A stretch of DNA of 64,000 nucleotides. Origin: Octopus sinensis. Its lineage: Eukaryota. Shown here piece after piece: positions 24,918 to 35,776 of this stretch. The position numbers were made by a program, and so were the translations under genes. The stretch spans positions 1,240,001-1,304,000 of the forward strand of contig NC_043022.1 in NCBI RefSeq assembly GCF_006345805.1, in the 5' to 3' direction. Below the pieces are notes generated by a model that saw only the letters and a program-made list of their open reading frames with translations, was not told the origin of the DNA and did no database searches. Every line of letters starts with the position of its first letter. Within the stretch, counting starts at the first letter, position 1.

Positions 24918-25718
24918 CCATTTTTGTATCCAATGAAATATTAAAAGTCTTTATTGAAGCGTGGGGCATTAGGCCTTCTGTTGCTGTATATAGCTTCTCC
25001 AGTGAATCAATCCGAATAATAGGAAGAGCTTGACATTTCATTAAAAAAAAAAGGAAAATATTCATTAAGTTATAAGACATCGTTATATCCATGGAACTAT
25101 TGAAATTCTCCAGTGATGCATGAAGCTTTAGGCTTTGTATTGTAGGATGCAGTATCGCCAGTGAAGCGATTATTTCTTCCTTTAAGAGGAAAAAATTGAC
25201 ATTTAATAGAAAATATTGAAAAATATTGTTATGAGTCATCGTTATATTTATTGCAATATTTAAAATCTCCAGGGAAGCGTGAAATACTAGGCTTTCTTTA
25301 ACAGGATCACATATCTCCATTAAAACAATAAACATTGCCATTAATAAGAAAATAATGACATTTAATGAAATATAGTGAAAAGTTTTCAACATGTTATGAA
25401 TCATCCTTATAACCATTAAAATATTAAATATCTCCAATGAAGCTTCAGACATTTGGCAGGATCAACTATTTCCAATGAAACGCCAGTGACTCCCATTAAT
25501 TGGAAAAATTTGACATATAATAATGACAAATAGTGAAAAATATTCACAGTTCTATGGGTGATTTTATATTAAATATTAAAAATCACCTTTTTTAATATTA
25601 AAACTATCATGGGAAACATTTTGCAAATTCAATGATATCCCGTGAAACACTAGTCATTCCCACTAATGGCAAGAAATCGACATTTTAGGAAATATCTACA
25701 TTAAAAAAAAAAATTGCA

Positions 25719-26100
25719 GCAGGAGTGGCTGTGTGGTAAGTAGCTTGTTTACCAACCACATGGTTCCGGGTTCAGTCCCACTGCGTGGCACCTTGGGCAA
25801 GTGTCTTCTACTATAGCCTTGGGCCGACCAAAGCCTTGTGAGTGGATTTGGTAGACGGAAACTGAAAGAAGCCCGTCGTATATATGTATATATATATGCG
25901 TGTGTGTGTTTGTCCCCCTAGCATTGCTTGACAACCGATGCTGGTGTGTTTATGTCCCCGTTACTTAGCGGTTCGGCAAAAAGAGACCGATAAATAAGTA
26001 CTGGGCTTACAAAAAAATAAGTCCCGGGGTCGAGTTGCTCGATTAAAGGCGGTGCTCCAGCATGGCCGCAGTCAAATGACTGAAACAAGTAAAAGAGTAA
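25719..26100 (+). mobile_element. SINE family A, young full-length copy
   Basis: gcaggagtggctgtgtggtaagtagcttgtttaccaaccacatggttccgggttcagtccc ... gaaacaagtaaaagagtaa; Pol III A-box and B-box-like motifs. Confidence 0.9.
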
Positions 26101-26644
26101 TATATTTTGCACTATTTTTCATTAAAGGTAATTTTTTTCCAATTAATGGGTGAGTTAATTGCTTCAAGGGGTACTTTCTAACCTGTAGCAGTGAGTGCTA
26201 ATCTTGACATATTTCATATTCCAATAACTTTTCAACCAGGGAATATTGTTTACGATTTTCTATTAAATGTGAATTTTTCCCTATTTCAGTGAGCCGTAAT
26301 TGTTTCACTGGAAACATTCGATTCCGGATGTTTCACACTTCACTGACTATCTTCAGTATTTCGACAGATATCATGTTGACTCATAACAAAGTGATTACTC
26401 TTCACTATTTCCTAGTAAATGTGAATTTCTTCCTATTAAAGGGAGTGACCGGTGTTTCACTGGGGACACTCAATCCTATACAACAAAGCCCAATGTATCT
26501 TGTTTTTTCAGTATTCCAACGGATATAATAGTGTCATATTTCAGTGGGTATTTTCATTACTGTAACACAATGCCTAATGTTTCATGCTACTCAGGAGATT
26601 TTTAATATTTCAGTGGATATATCAATGACACATAAGGCTGTGAG

Positions 26645-26830
26645 TACCGTAAATCCTCGAGTATAGTCCGCCCTTGAGTATAATACGCAGGGGATATTTA
26701 GGGGGCTGTACCTCTGAAAAACCTAAACCTTGTGTATAATACGCACCCCTTCCCTAACTTGAGTTGTGCGTAATTAAGCCAGCAGCACCTAATCGAACAA
26801 ACACTTCTGCGCATGTGTAATACAATAATG
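26645..26830 (+). mobile_element. pogo/Tigger-like non-autonomous element, 5' fragment
   Basis: TA|CCGTAAATCCTCGAGTATAGTCCGC...GTATAATACGCA resembles pogo-family termini. No right TIR was found. Confidence 0.5.
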
Positions 26831-26891
26831 GTGATGTTCTTAACTGTTATATGAGAATGTAAATATGTTTGCAAATTGTTTTTTCCCCTAG

Positions 26892-27072
26892 CACGTAAAA
26901 AGCACCCACTACACTCACGTAGTGGTTGGTGTTAGGAACGGCATCCAGCTGTAGAAACACTGCCAGATCAGACTGGAGCTTGGTGCAGCCCCCTGGCTTC
27001 CCAGACCCCGATTGAACTGTCCAACCCGTGCTAGCACGGAAAACGGACATTAAATGATGATGATGATGATGA
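26892..27072 (+). mobile_element. Family D retroposon 3' fragment abutting the Penelope RT
   Basis: ggtgttaggaacggcatccagctgtagaaac...ggaaaacggacattaaatgatgatgatgatgatg. Confidence 0.8.
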
Positions 27073-27995
27073 CATGTTATTCTTGGTAAGTAATAAAAGG
27101 TCATCTCTATATAAACGACTGTCCAAATTTAAATTTTCTAATTGAAGTTCCGATAATAAATAAATACCTACTAAATCAGTAGCCTGAGCAGAATCTGGTG
27201 CCCACATAGGTATATCAAAAAAGTTTCTAGTATCTTTCCTAGCCCATAATTTATTATTATATCTAATTAACGATTTCCTAGCCATTTTAATAACATTAAC
27301 TTCATCTATAGTCATTCCTACCTTATTCATAGCAAATATAAGGGCTTTATTAAGTACGATCTCATTAATAGAAGAATAATAATTATCTACATCAATTTGA
27401 ATGAGTTTAGATTTATTTTTATCATTAGTATTATGAAACCATTTTGAAGTATCATTAGTACAGCTCCAAAGTTTAAGGTAATTCAATTCATTTAATCTAT
27501 TAATGTATTTATTCAGAATAATTTTACTTAATTTACCTAAATCAGATTTACATGGACAAATCAACCTTAGGGTCAGAGTAAAACTTTTCTTTATGATCTT
27601 TCAAAGTTATTCTAGAGTGCATAGGAATATAAGGTTCAGTTTTATTATCCAAATTATATTTCATCATTATTAATTTAGAGGCTTTATTTATATTATATAG
27701 TGTATTTTCTGGAACAATTTTATATTTTTTATTAATTTCTTTATTTAAAAGAAAATCATATAATTTAATATCTAATTTGTATAGGTTCTTGGTTTTATCT
27801 GATTCTACTATGATACCTTCCATATTTCGCATTGCTTTAATTTTAAAGGCTAAATTTCTTAAATATTCGTTATGTCTATTAGGGTATTTATGAAACTTAA
27901 TATTTTTCACTACCTTCCAAATATTATCCTTTAAAATCTGTATTTCTCTATTATATGGGGGTAATTTTCTAGATTTGAATTTAGAAGTAATAATG
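27073..27995 (-). pseudogene. Decayed Penelope-like element reverse transcriptase fragment (Naiad/Chlamys-type motifs)
   Basis: Frameshifted ORFs 27548-27910 and 27031-27564 give ESDKTKNLYK..., RITLKDHKEKF..P, (R)LICPCKSDLGKLSKIIL, IDVDNYYSSI, FFDIPM(W)APDSAQATDLVGIYLL and LYRDD, a motif series typical of PLE RTs. Confidence 0.85.
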
Positions 27996-28204
27996 TAATT
28001 ATAAGTATCCAGGTCATTAATGTTGTTATTATTAAGATAGTAGGCTTTCCATTTAATTCTATTAATTATAAATATCTACATCATTAATGTTGCTATTATT
28101 AAAATAGTAGACTTTAATTATAAGTATCTACATCATTAATGTTGTTATTAAAATTTTGTTATTTTCATTTTAATATTTCCATTATATGTAATTTTCTAGA
28201 TGGT

Positions 28205-28510
28205 GTAATTTAATTGTTCATTTTGAATTGATAAAAGGTAGGTTTTTTTCTAATTTTTATATACATATATATATACATACATACGTATATATATACACAT
28301 GTATATATATACATACATACGTATATATATATATACATATGTATATATATATACATACGTATATATATACATACACATATATATACATACACATATATAT
28401 ACATATATATATATATATACGTATATATACATATATATATGTATACATATACTCACACATTCATATTTATGTACACCTATGCCTGGGCATACATATACAT
28501 GAGCGCGCGC
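28205..28510. repeat. Compound (TA)n/(TACA)n microsatellite
   Basis: Directly visible; explains the overlapping Y/I/V/C-rich spurious ORFs. Confidence 0.9.
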
Positions 28511-28876
28511 GCACATTTGTTTACATTTTTGAGATCAACTAAATCATTTTATCATAACACCCATGCCTCTTGGTGTGTGTGAAATTGACAAAATCTAATT
28601 AACAATCAAACTATAAATCCATTCTCATTTAAATGACACCATTTTGACTCCAGGACTCACCACACTTTGCCTGCAGTTAATCTACCTCTGACTGTCACTC
28701 ACAGCCACTTCCTTTGTTGTTTCACCATTCTTTCTGTTAAATGTTGTCTGCCTCCTTTAGCATCTGTGACTGCCACCCACTGCCACTTCGTTGCTTGTTT
28801 TACTCTTCTTTCCCCACAGCCTTGACCGACAGGGACACACTCGGGGTTTCATTATATTACAAGATTGTTATTTTTG

Positions 28877-29310
28877 AGGCGACGAGCTGGCAGAATCGTT
28901 AGCGGCGCCGGGCGAAATGCGTGCCGTATTTCGTCTGCCGTTACGTTCTGAGTTCAAATTCCGCCGAGGTCGAATTTGCCTTTCATCCTTTCGGGGTCGA
29001 TGTAATTGACTTAATACCTATGTCTGTCCCCTCTGTGTTTAGCCCCTTGTGAGTAATAAAGAAATACGTATGCCATTACGTTCTGAGTTCAAATTCCGCC
29101 GAGGTCGAATTTGCCTTTCTTCCTTTCGGGGTCGATAAATTAAGCACCAGTTACGCACTGGGGTCGATGTAATTGACTTAATACCTATGTCTGTCCCCTC
29201 TGTATTTAGCCCCTTGTGGGTAATAAAGAAATATGTATGCTGTTACGTTCTGAGTTCAAATTCCGCCGAGGTCGAATTTGCCTTTCGTCCTCTCGGGGTC
29301 GATAAATAAA
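28877..29310 (+). mobile_element. SINE family C with triplicated body
   Basis: One head (ggcgacgagctggcagaatcgttagc) followed by three ttacgttctgagttcaaattccgccgaggtcgaatttgcc blocks at about 28940, 29076 and 29243. Confidence 0.85.
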
Positions 29311-29317
29311 TACTCTA

Positions 29318-29555
29318 GCCTCAGGACAACCGAAGCCTTGTGAGTCGATTTGATAGATGGAAACTGAAAGAAGCTTGTCATATATATATATGCATGCCTC
29401 CATATTTATGTTCCTGTAACTTAACAGTTTGTCAAAAGAGACTAATATAATACGTACTAGGCTTAAAAAAAAAGTCCTGGGGTCAATTTGTTTGACTAAA
29501 ATCTTTTAAGGTAGTGCCGTAGCATGGCCACAGTCAAATGACTGAAACATGTCAT
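29318..29555 (+). mobile_element. SINE family A, 5'-truncated diverged copy
   Basis: gaagccttgtgagtcgatttg...ggaaactgaaagaagc...catggccacagtcaaatgactgaaac. Confidence 0.75.
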
Positions 29556-29742
29556 ATATATATATTGTATTGGTAATTTCATTTTTCACAAATAGCTAGA
29601 GTTACGATGTTTTTGAATGACTTTTGTCAATGTTCTGCTTTTTTTTCCTTTTGACATTTGATAGCCATTAAGTTTTAGCTCACTGTAGAAGCAAACTGTG
29701 TCTAATTTTGTTTACAGCTGTTAGTTCAGTGTCAATTTTAAC

Positions 29743-29978
29743 ATGGTGTGCAAAAACAAACATTTTTGTCATATCTTGCTTTTTTGTTTCTGTAAAGGCA
29801 AGAAAGCTGCTGAGGCTCACAAAGAGCTATGTGAAGTTTATGGTGTTGATTGCTTAACAGAAAGCACATATCAGAAATGGTTTTAAAAATTCTGTTCTGG
29901 AAATTCTTCACTCAAAGATGACCAATGTTCTAGTCGACCTACTGAATCAAAGTCATAATTGAATCCGATCGTCATCTA
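29743..29978 (+). pseudogene. mariner transposase N-terminal (HTH) fragment
   Basis: ATG at 29743. With frameshifts it reads MVCKNKHFCHILL...KGKKAAEAHKELCEVYGVDCLTESTYQKWF*KFCSGNSSLKDDQCSSRPTE..IKVIIESDRH. Confidence 0.8.
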
Positions 29979-30273
29979 TAGGTGCAGGAGTGGCTGTGTG
30001 GTAAGTAGCTTGCTAACCAACCACATGGTTCCGCTCGTTAGATACGTTTACAAGCCACTCGTAATAAATACGGTATCCATAGGGAATGAGTTTGGTATTC
30101 TCTATTTATTTCACAGTAAAAATCTGAAAGTACTTTCTTGCCAACCCATTATGTCGCAGACAAAAGAACCTTGCACAATCTTCTGGTTCATCAGCTTCTA
30201 TCAAACTGTTTCATCCATTCCATTGTAGAAAACAAACATCAAATTCTGATGACAGATATATATATATATATAT

Positions 30274-30632
30274 TCTTCTATTACTTGTTTCAGTCATTTG
30301 ACTGAGGCCATGCTGGAGCACCACCTTTAGTCAAGCAAATCGATCCCAAGACTTATTCTTTGGAAGCCTAGTATTTATTCTATAAGTGTCTTTTTGCTGA
30401 ACCGCTAAATTACATTTGTTGTCAAGCAATGGTGGTGGGGGACAAATAGACACTAATATATACATATACATGCATATATATGACAAGCTTCTTTCAATTT
30501 CCGTCTACCAAATTGACTCACAAGGCTTTGGTTGACCCGGGGCCACAGTAGAAGACACCTAAGGTGTCATGTAGTGGGACTTGAACCCAGAGCCATGTGG
30601 TTGGTAAGCAAACCACTTACCATGCAGCCACA
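30274..30632 (-). mobile_element. SINE family A, diverged copy
   Basis: ttacttgtttcagtcatttgactgaggccatgctggagcacc ... ttaccatgcagccac. Confidence 0.8.
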
Positions 30633-31066
30633 ATATATATATATATACATACACACACACATATATACATGCACACATACACTGGGTGGTTGTTGTAAGG
30701 AAGGGCATCCAGCTGTAAAAACCGTACCAAAACACACAGCGAAGTCTGAAGTAGTCTTCTGCCTGGTCAGCTCCTATCAAACCATCCAACCTATATACCA
30801 GCTGGAAGGCAAACATGAAACGATGATGATCACACATTAGACATGTACATACATATTCATTAAGTGACACTGCGTCAGTTACAAAGACAATTTGTTCCAG
30901 TTGATCTGACCTTCACAGTCTGCTCATGAAGTTAACACACAAGTGGCTGAGGACTCCACACACACATATAAATGCCATATATAATAATGACAAAACATCG
31001 ATGTCTGTTGCTCTGAGAAGGGACCTATGTGAGTTGTCTAGCTTCACTATGACTTACTTTCGGATT

Positions 31067-31278
31067 CTGTTGTGTCTGGGGAGAGTCATTTACTTTTTGC
31101 GCTTTATAATATAACACACTCACCACTAAAATTTCGGTTGTGTCTTGCAACCTTTTCAATAGTCTTGACTCTTGAAAAGTTTTAGGAAAATAAAAATAAG
31201 AAATAAGTGGAAATTTTACCAGTGAGTGTGTTACATTATAAGGCACAAAAAGAAAATGACTCTCCCCAGACACAACAG
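31067..31278. mobile_element. Foldback MITE with about 69-bp terminal inverted repeats
   Basis: ctgttgtgtctggggagagtcattt...aacacactcacc..taaaatttc is mirrored by gaaatttta..agtgagtgtgtta...aaatgactctccccagacacaacag. Confidence 0.8.
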
Positions 31279-31734
31279 TTCTGGCTTTATGTTTTCCTCT
31301 TGGTAGTTTTCAGGACACTGTTACTACAATCTGCTCCTTTTCCCTGACTATAATTAAGAATAGACAAAGTGAGCTTTCACTTGTCCAAGTTTATCATTCA
31401 CATAAGAGGTAAGGAGAAATTATTGATTATGTGTGAAATAAATTGTTCAAGAAGAAAATATGATCTGAATACAAGAAATTAAATCCCCCATAGTATTTAT
31501 GTTTTGTAGGTAGATCATTATCTTTATTGATTTACAACTATTTTGATGAGTTGGAAGGTTTTGAAATATGCTTCAACACACAAACTCATATAAAGAATCT
31601 TGCAAACCAAACCCCAAAACGAAATTGTTACACTTTTCCTACACCAGGTGGAGAATATATTCTCTTATGCCTAAAAAGACAGCCAACTCATGAACCAACA
31701 ACACACATAGCTTGTGTATGCGTGTTGGATTTTG

Positions 31735-31990
31735 TCCATGTTGGTGGCACATAAAAAGCACCATTCAGGCATGGTTGATGCCAGTACTGGCTGACTGGCC
31801 CTCGTGCCAGTGGCATGTAAAAAGCACCCACTACACCCTCGGAGTGGTTGGCGTTAGGAAAGACATCCAGCTGTAGAAACTTTGATCGGATTGGAGCTTG
31901 GTAGAGCCTTCTGGGTTGCCGGCCGTCAGTCAAACCGTCCAACCCATGCCAGCATGGAAAGCGGACATTAAACAATGACGATGATGATCT
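31735..31990 (+). mobile_element. Family D retroposon 3' part
   Basis: ggtggcacataaaaagcacc...ggcgttaggaaagacatccagctgtag...catggaaagcggacattaaacaatgacgatgatgat. Confidence 0.8.
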
Positions 31991-32032
31991 CAAGATGCGT
32001 CTAATTTATATTTGAATTTTTGTTATATATAT

Positions 32033-32263
32033 CGTGGCACTCTGTTAATCTGATCAACGGAACAGCCTGCTCGTGAAATTAACGTGTAAGTAAGTGGCTG
32101 AATACTCCACAGACACGTGTACCCTTAATGTAGTTCTCAGGGAGATTCAGCATGACAGAAAGAGTGACAAAGCAGGCCCTTTGAAATACAGGTACAACAG
32201 AAACAGGAAGAAAGAGAGAAAGTTGTGGTGAAAGAGTACAGCAGGGTTCACCACCAACCCATG
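32033..32263 (-). mobile_element. SINE family B, tail type 2, 3' portion
   Basis: Reverse complement shares ctgtactctttcaccacaactttctctc..cttcctgtttctgttgtacctgtatttcaaagg with 34196-34458 and continues to ...gttccgttgatcagattaac. Confidence 0.75.
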
Positions 32264-32359
32264 TTGGAGCCCAGTGGAGTTTTAAGTGTTTTCACAATAC
32301 CTGGTCTGCTACCCTACCACTGGGCCATTGTGCTTCCCTATATATATGGTGGTGGTGGT

Positions 32360-32690
32360 GACCCCCTTTGGTCAAACACTGACCATGGGTTTGCACCTAG
32401 AGAGTTACCCTCTGAGGCACAAGTCTGGGCAAGGTTGTTTTATGGAAGACCAGCAGTCGCCCATGCATACCGGCCTCCCCTCTCCACGTCACCGATGTTG
32501 TCCAAGGGAAAGGCAAGGGCCGATACAGCTTGGCACCTGTGACGTCACAACTCATTTCTACAGCAGAGTGAACTGGAGCAACGTGAAATAAAGTGTCTTG
32601 CTCAAGAACACAACACGCAGCCTGGTCCGGGATTCGAGCTCACAACCTCACGATCGTAAGCTCGACGCTCTAACCACTGAGCCATGAGCC
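32360..32690 (-). mobile_element. tRNA-derived CORE-like SINE, family E, copy 1
   Basis: Reverse complement: tggctcagtggttagagcgtcgagc...gttgtgagctcgaatcccgg...gttcttgagcaagacactttatttcacgttgctcc (CORE-like by inference). Confidence 0.85.
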
Positions 32691-32723
32691 ATATATATAT
32701 GTATGTATATATATATATGTATG

Positions 32724-32755
<32 letters not shown>

Positions 32756-32786
32756 TGTATGTATATATATATATATATATATGTAA

Positions 32787-33120
32787 AAGACCCCCTTCGA
32801 TCATAAATGACCATGAAATTGCACCTAGAAAGTTACCCTCCTAGACACAAGTCCGGGCAAGGTTGTTTATGGAAGGCCAGCAGTCGCCCATGCATACCGG
32901 CCTCCCCTCTCCACGTCACCGATGTTGTCCAAGGGAAAGGCAAGGGCCGATACAGCTTGGCACCTGTGACGTCACAACTCATTTCTACAGCAGAGTGAAC
33001 TGGAGCAACGTGAAATAAAGTGTCTTGCTCAAGAACACAACACGCAGCCTGGTCCGGGATTCGAGCTCACAACCTCACGATCGTAAGCTCGATGCTCTAA
33101 CCACTGACCCACGCGCCTTC
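32787..33120 (-). mobile_element. SINE family E, copy 2 (tandem with copy 1)
   Basis: Same sequence as 32360-32690, separated by a (TA)n tract. Confidence 0.85.
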
Positions 33121-33132
33121 ATATATATATAT

Positions 33133-33273
33133 AGGCACAGGTGTGGCTGTGCGGTAAGAAACTTGTTTCCTCACCACGTGGTTCTGGGTCCAGTCCCACC
33201 AAGTGGCATCTTGGGGAAGCGTCTTCTATAACATTGTGCCAACCAAAGCCCTGTGAGTGGATTTGAAGCCTGT

Positions 33274-33331
<58 letters not shown>

Positions 33332-33522
33332 GTCTTTGCTCCACCCTCATTTGAGAGTTGGAGTGTTTACATCCCTGCAACTTAGCAGTTCTGCAAAAGA
33401 GACTGATAGAATAAGTACTAGGTTTTTGAAAAAAAAGTTCTGGATTCAATTTGTTCAACTAAAACCCTCTAAGGTGGTACCCCAGTATGGCTGCAGTCAA
33501 ATGACTGAAACTAGTCAAAGAA
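33133..33522 (+). mobile_element. SINE family A, diverged copy
   Basis: ggcacaggtgtggctgtgcggtaag ... tatggctgcagtcaaatgactgaaac. Confidence 0.8.
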
Positions 33523-34195
33523 TGTATGTATATACAGCCACTTTTCCCTGCTCACCACTGTTGAACAGAATTTGTTGCTAATTTTTCTTCGAACCAGATC
33601 TGTTTCCCATCACGAACCCTCTCCTTGGTTTCCAAGGTAATATTTCCCCATGATCAGACATGCTTTTAAAGAAGATTGAAAATGAAGGAAACCGCTTGTA
33701 TGACGGTGATGCTTGGTTACATCTATTACACAACATCAATGCAAGTAGACGCATCACACACAGAGAGGCTTCTTTCAGTTGCCGTCTACATAATTCGCTC
33801 ACAAGGCTTCAGTTAAAGTCTAAGTCGAAGAGAGTTGCTGAAGGAGTGGAACTAAGCCTGAAACCATTGGTTGGAAACAGAACTTATTAATTAATTAATC
33901 ACAAAGCCATGTCTGCAACCAAAAATGTACACATAATTACATACAAAATACCTGTCCCCCACTCAAACATAAAACCATAAATCCTTAGAATCTTTCATTC
34001 TTCCTTCTTAGACAAGCCCCAACCCCTTATTCCATTTAAATTCCTTCTATGAATTACCACCATTTCACAAATTCAGAACCTGGCTCACTCGTTTCTTTCA
34101 ACTCTACTCCTTTGGTAATGAAACAAAAAAAAGCTACCATACCAAACTCCTCCAGGATAGTACCACTGTGGGAGTAAGTAGTGTATATTAACAAG

Positions 34196-34458
34196 TGGAG
34201 GCGCAATGGCCCAGTGGTTAGGGCAGCGGACTCGCGGTTTCGATTCCCAGACCAGGCGTTGTGAGTGTTTATTGAGCGAAAATGCCTAAAGCTCCACGAG
34301 GCTCCGGCAGGGGATGGTGGTAATCCCTGCTGTACTCTTTCACCACAACTTTCTCTCACTCTTACTTCCTGTTTCTGTTGTACCTGTATCTCAAAGGGCC
34401 GGCCTTGTCACTCTCTGTGTCACGCTGAATATCCCCGAGAACTACGTTAAGGGTGCAC
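34196..34458 (+). mobile_element. SINE family B, tail type 2, 3'-truncated, with 12-bp TSD
   Basis: tRNA-like head tggaggcgcaatggcccagtggttagggcagcggactcg; flanked by tatattaacaag at 34184-34195 and 34459-34470. Confidence 0.85.
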
Positions 34459-34589
34459 TATATTAACAAGGAATAATTCATCAAGCTATCTCCAGAGTCC
34501 CAAAATGTTCCACCCATTATTATCATCATCAAGGCGGTCTTTTCCCCTCAAAATATCAGACTTTATGCCTTTCGTAGAAAGGTTTATTA

Positions 34590-34815
34590 TTGGGTTGGTG
34601 CATAATTCTGGCTTTTTTCCAACAAAAACAATAACATGTAGCAAAAACATCTTTAAATGGTTATTCCGGAGCACATTCACTATCTACTTCGATTACTGCT
34701 TCCCAATTTGCTTGGCAGCCAGACGGTCATTTGAAGATGTTTTTGTCAAATATTGCTGTTTTCATTGAATAAAATTTGTTGAAAAATAGCCGCAGTAATT
34801 AATGCACCAACCAAA
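34590..34815 (-). mobile_element. Internally deleted mariner (MITE-sized)
   Basis: TA|TTGGGTTGGTGCATAATT ... AATTAATGCACCAACCAAA|TA. The internal minus strand encodes a relic C-terminus (WEAVIEVDSE). Confidence 0.8.
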
Positions 34816-34826
34816 TATTATTATTA

Positions 34827-35275
34827 TGGCGGTGAGCTGGCAGAATCGTTAGCGTGCTGGACGAAATGCTTAGCAGTATTTCCATCTCTTGCTACGTTCT
34901 GAGTTCAAATTCTGCTGAAGTTGACTTTGCCTTTCATCCTTCCGGGGTCAATAAATTAAGCACCAGTGAAAAACTGGGGTCGATGTAATCAAATTAATCC
35001 CTTCCCCCCAAATCTGAGGCCTTGTGCTTCCAGTAGAAAAGATCATCATCATTATTATTATTATTGTTATTAAGGTGGCAGAATCGTTAGCACATCAGGG
35101 AAAATGCTCAGAAGCGTTCCATCCATCTTTTTATGTTCTGAGTTAAAATTCTGCTGAGGTCAACTTTGCCTTTCATCCTTTCGGTGGCTGATAAAACAAG
35201 TAGTAGTTGAACACAGATCGATGTAATCAACTTAACCCCTCCTCAAAATTGCTGGCCTTGTGCCAAAATTTCGAA
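34827..35275 (+). mobile_element. Two tandem SINE family C copies (34827-35040, 35072-35275) with (TTA)n tails
   Basis: ggcggtgagctggcagaatcgttagc...gcctttcatccttccggggtcaat...ggccttgtgc occurs twice. Confidence 0.85.
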
Positions 35276-35431
35276 AATATTATTATTATTATAATATATT
35301 TTTTGGTTGGCAAGACTTAAATGAAAGTAACATTATTTGATGGAAAAACGAAAGAGCACAAAGCATGGTTGTCCTCTCCACCCGTGTCCTGACTGAACAG
35401 GAAATATTTCCAGGGTGGATGGAAGTTTAAT

Positions 35432-35776
35432 GTACTCTCTTTTACTTGTCTCAGTCATTTGACTGTGGCCATGCTGGAGCACCACCTTTAGTCAAGCAAA
35501 CTGACACCCAGGACTTATTCTTTGTAAGCCCAGTACTTATTCTATCGGTCACTTTTGCTGAACCGCTAAGTTGCGGGGGACGTAAACACACTAGCATCGG
35601 TTGTAAAGTGATGTTGGGCGGACAAACAGACACTCAAACATATACACACATATGACGAGCTTCTTTCAGTTTCCGTCTACCAAATCCACTTGCCCAAGGT
35701 ACCACGCAGTGGGACTGAACTCGGAACCAACCGTGTGGTAAGCAAGCTACTTACCACACAGCCACTCCTACGCCTA
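35432..35776 (-). mobile_element. SINE family A copy
   Basis: ttttacttgtctcagtcatttgactgtggccatgctggagcacc ... ttaccacacagccactcct. Confidence 0.85.

Larger units (their letters stand above)
4845..26640. repeat. Old, diverged tandem array (about 160-165-bp unit) related to the 150-bp satellite, interrupted by many insertions
   Basis: Degenerate monomers at 4845-5090, 15340-15640, 19000-19700, 20460-20760 (-), 21160-21518 (-), 22320-24508, 24918-25718 (-) and 26100-26640. Conceptual translations keep motifs such as NIFQYFLLNVNF versus NIFHYFLLNVNF in the young array. Confidence 0.75.

Noticed and set aside
28210-28542. Y/I/C/V/H/T-rich ORFs here and at 18007-18308, 48573-48940 and 57803-58294
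   Set aside because: They are translations of (TA)n/(CA)n microsatellites.
33575-33770. Possible coding relic between SINEs (ORFs 33578-33802 and 33660-33890)
   Set aside because: No protein family could be recognised in any frame; a translated search is needed.
23789-34300. tRNA genes at the heads of families A, B and E
   Set aside because: A-box and B-box motifs are present, but no complete cloverleaf or acceptor stem was found. Each continues into a repeated SINE body.
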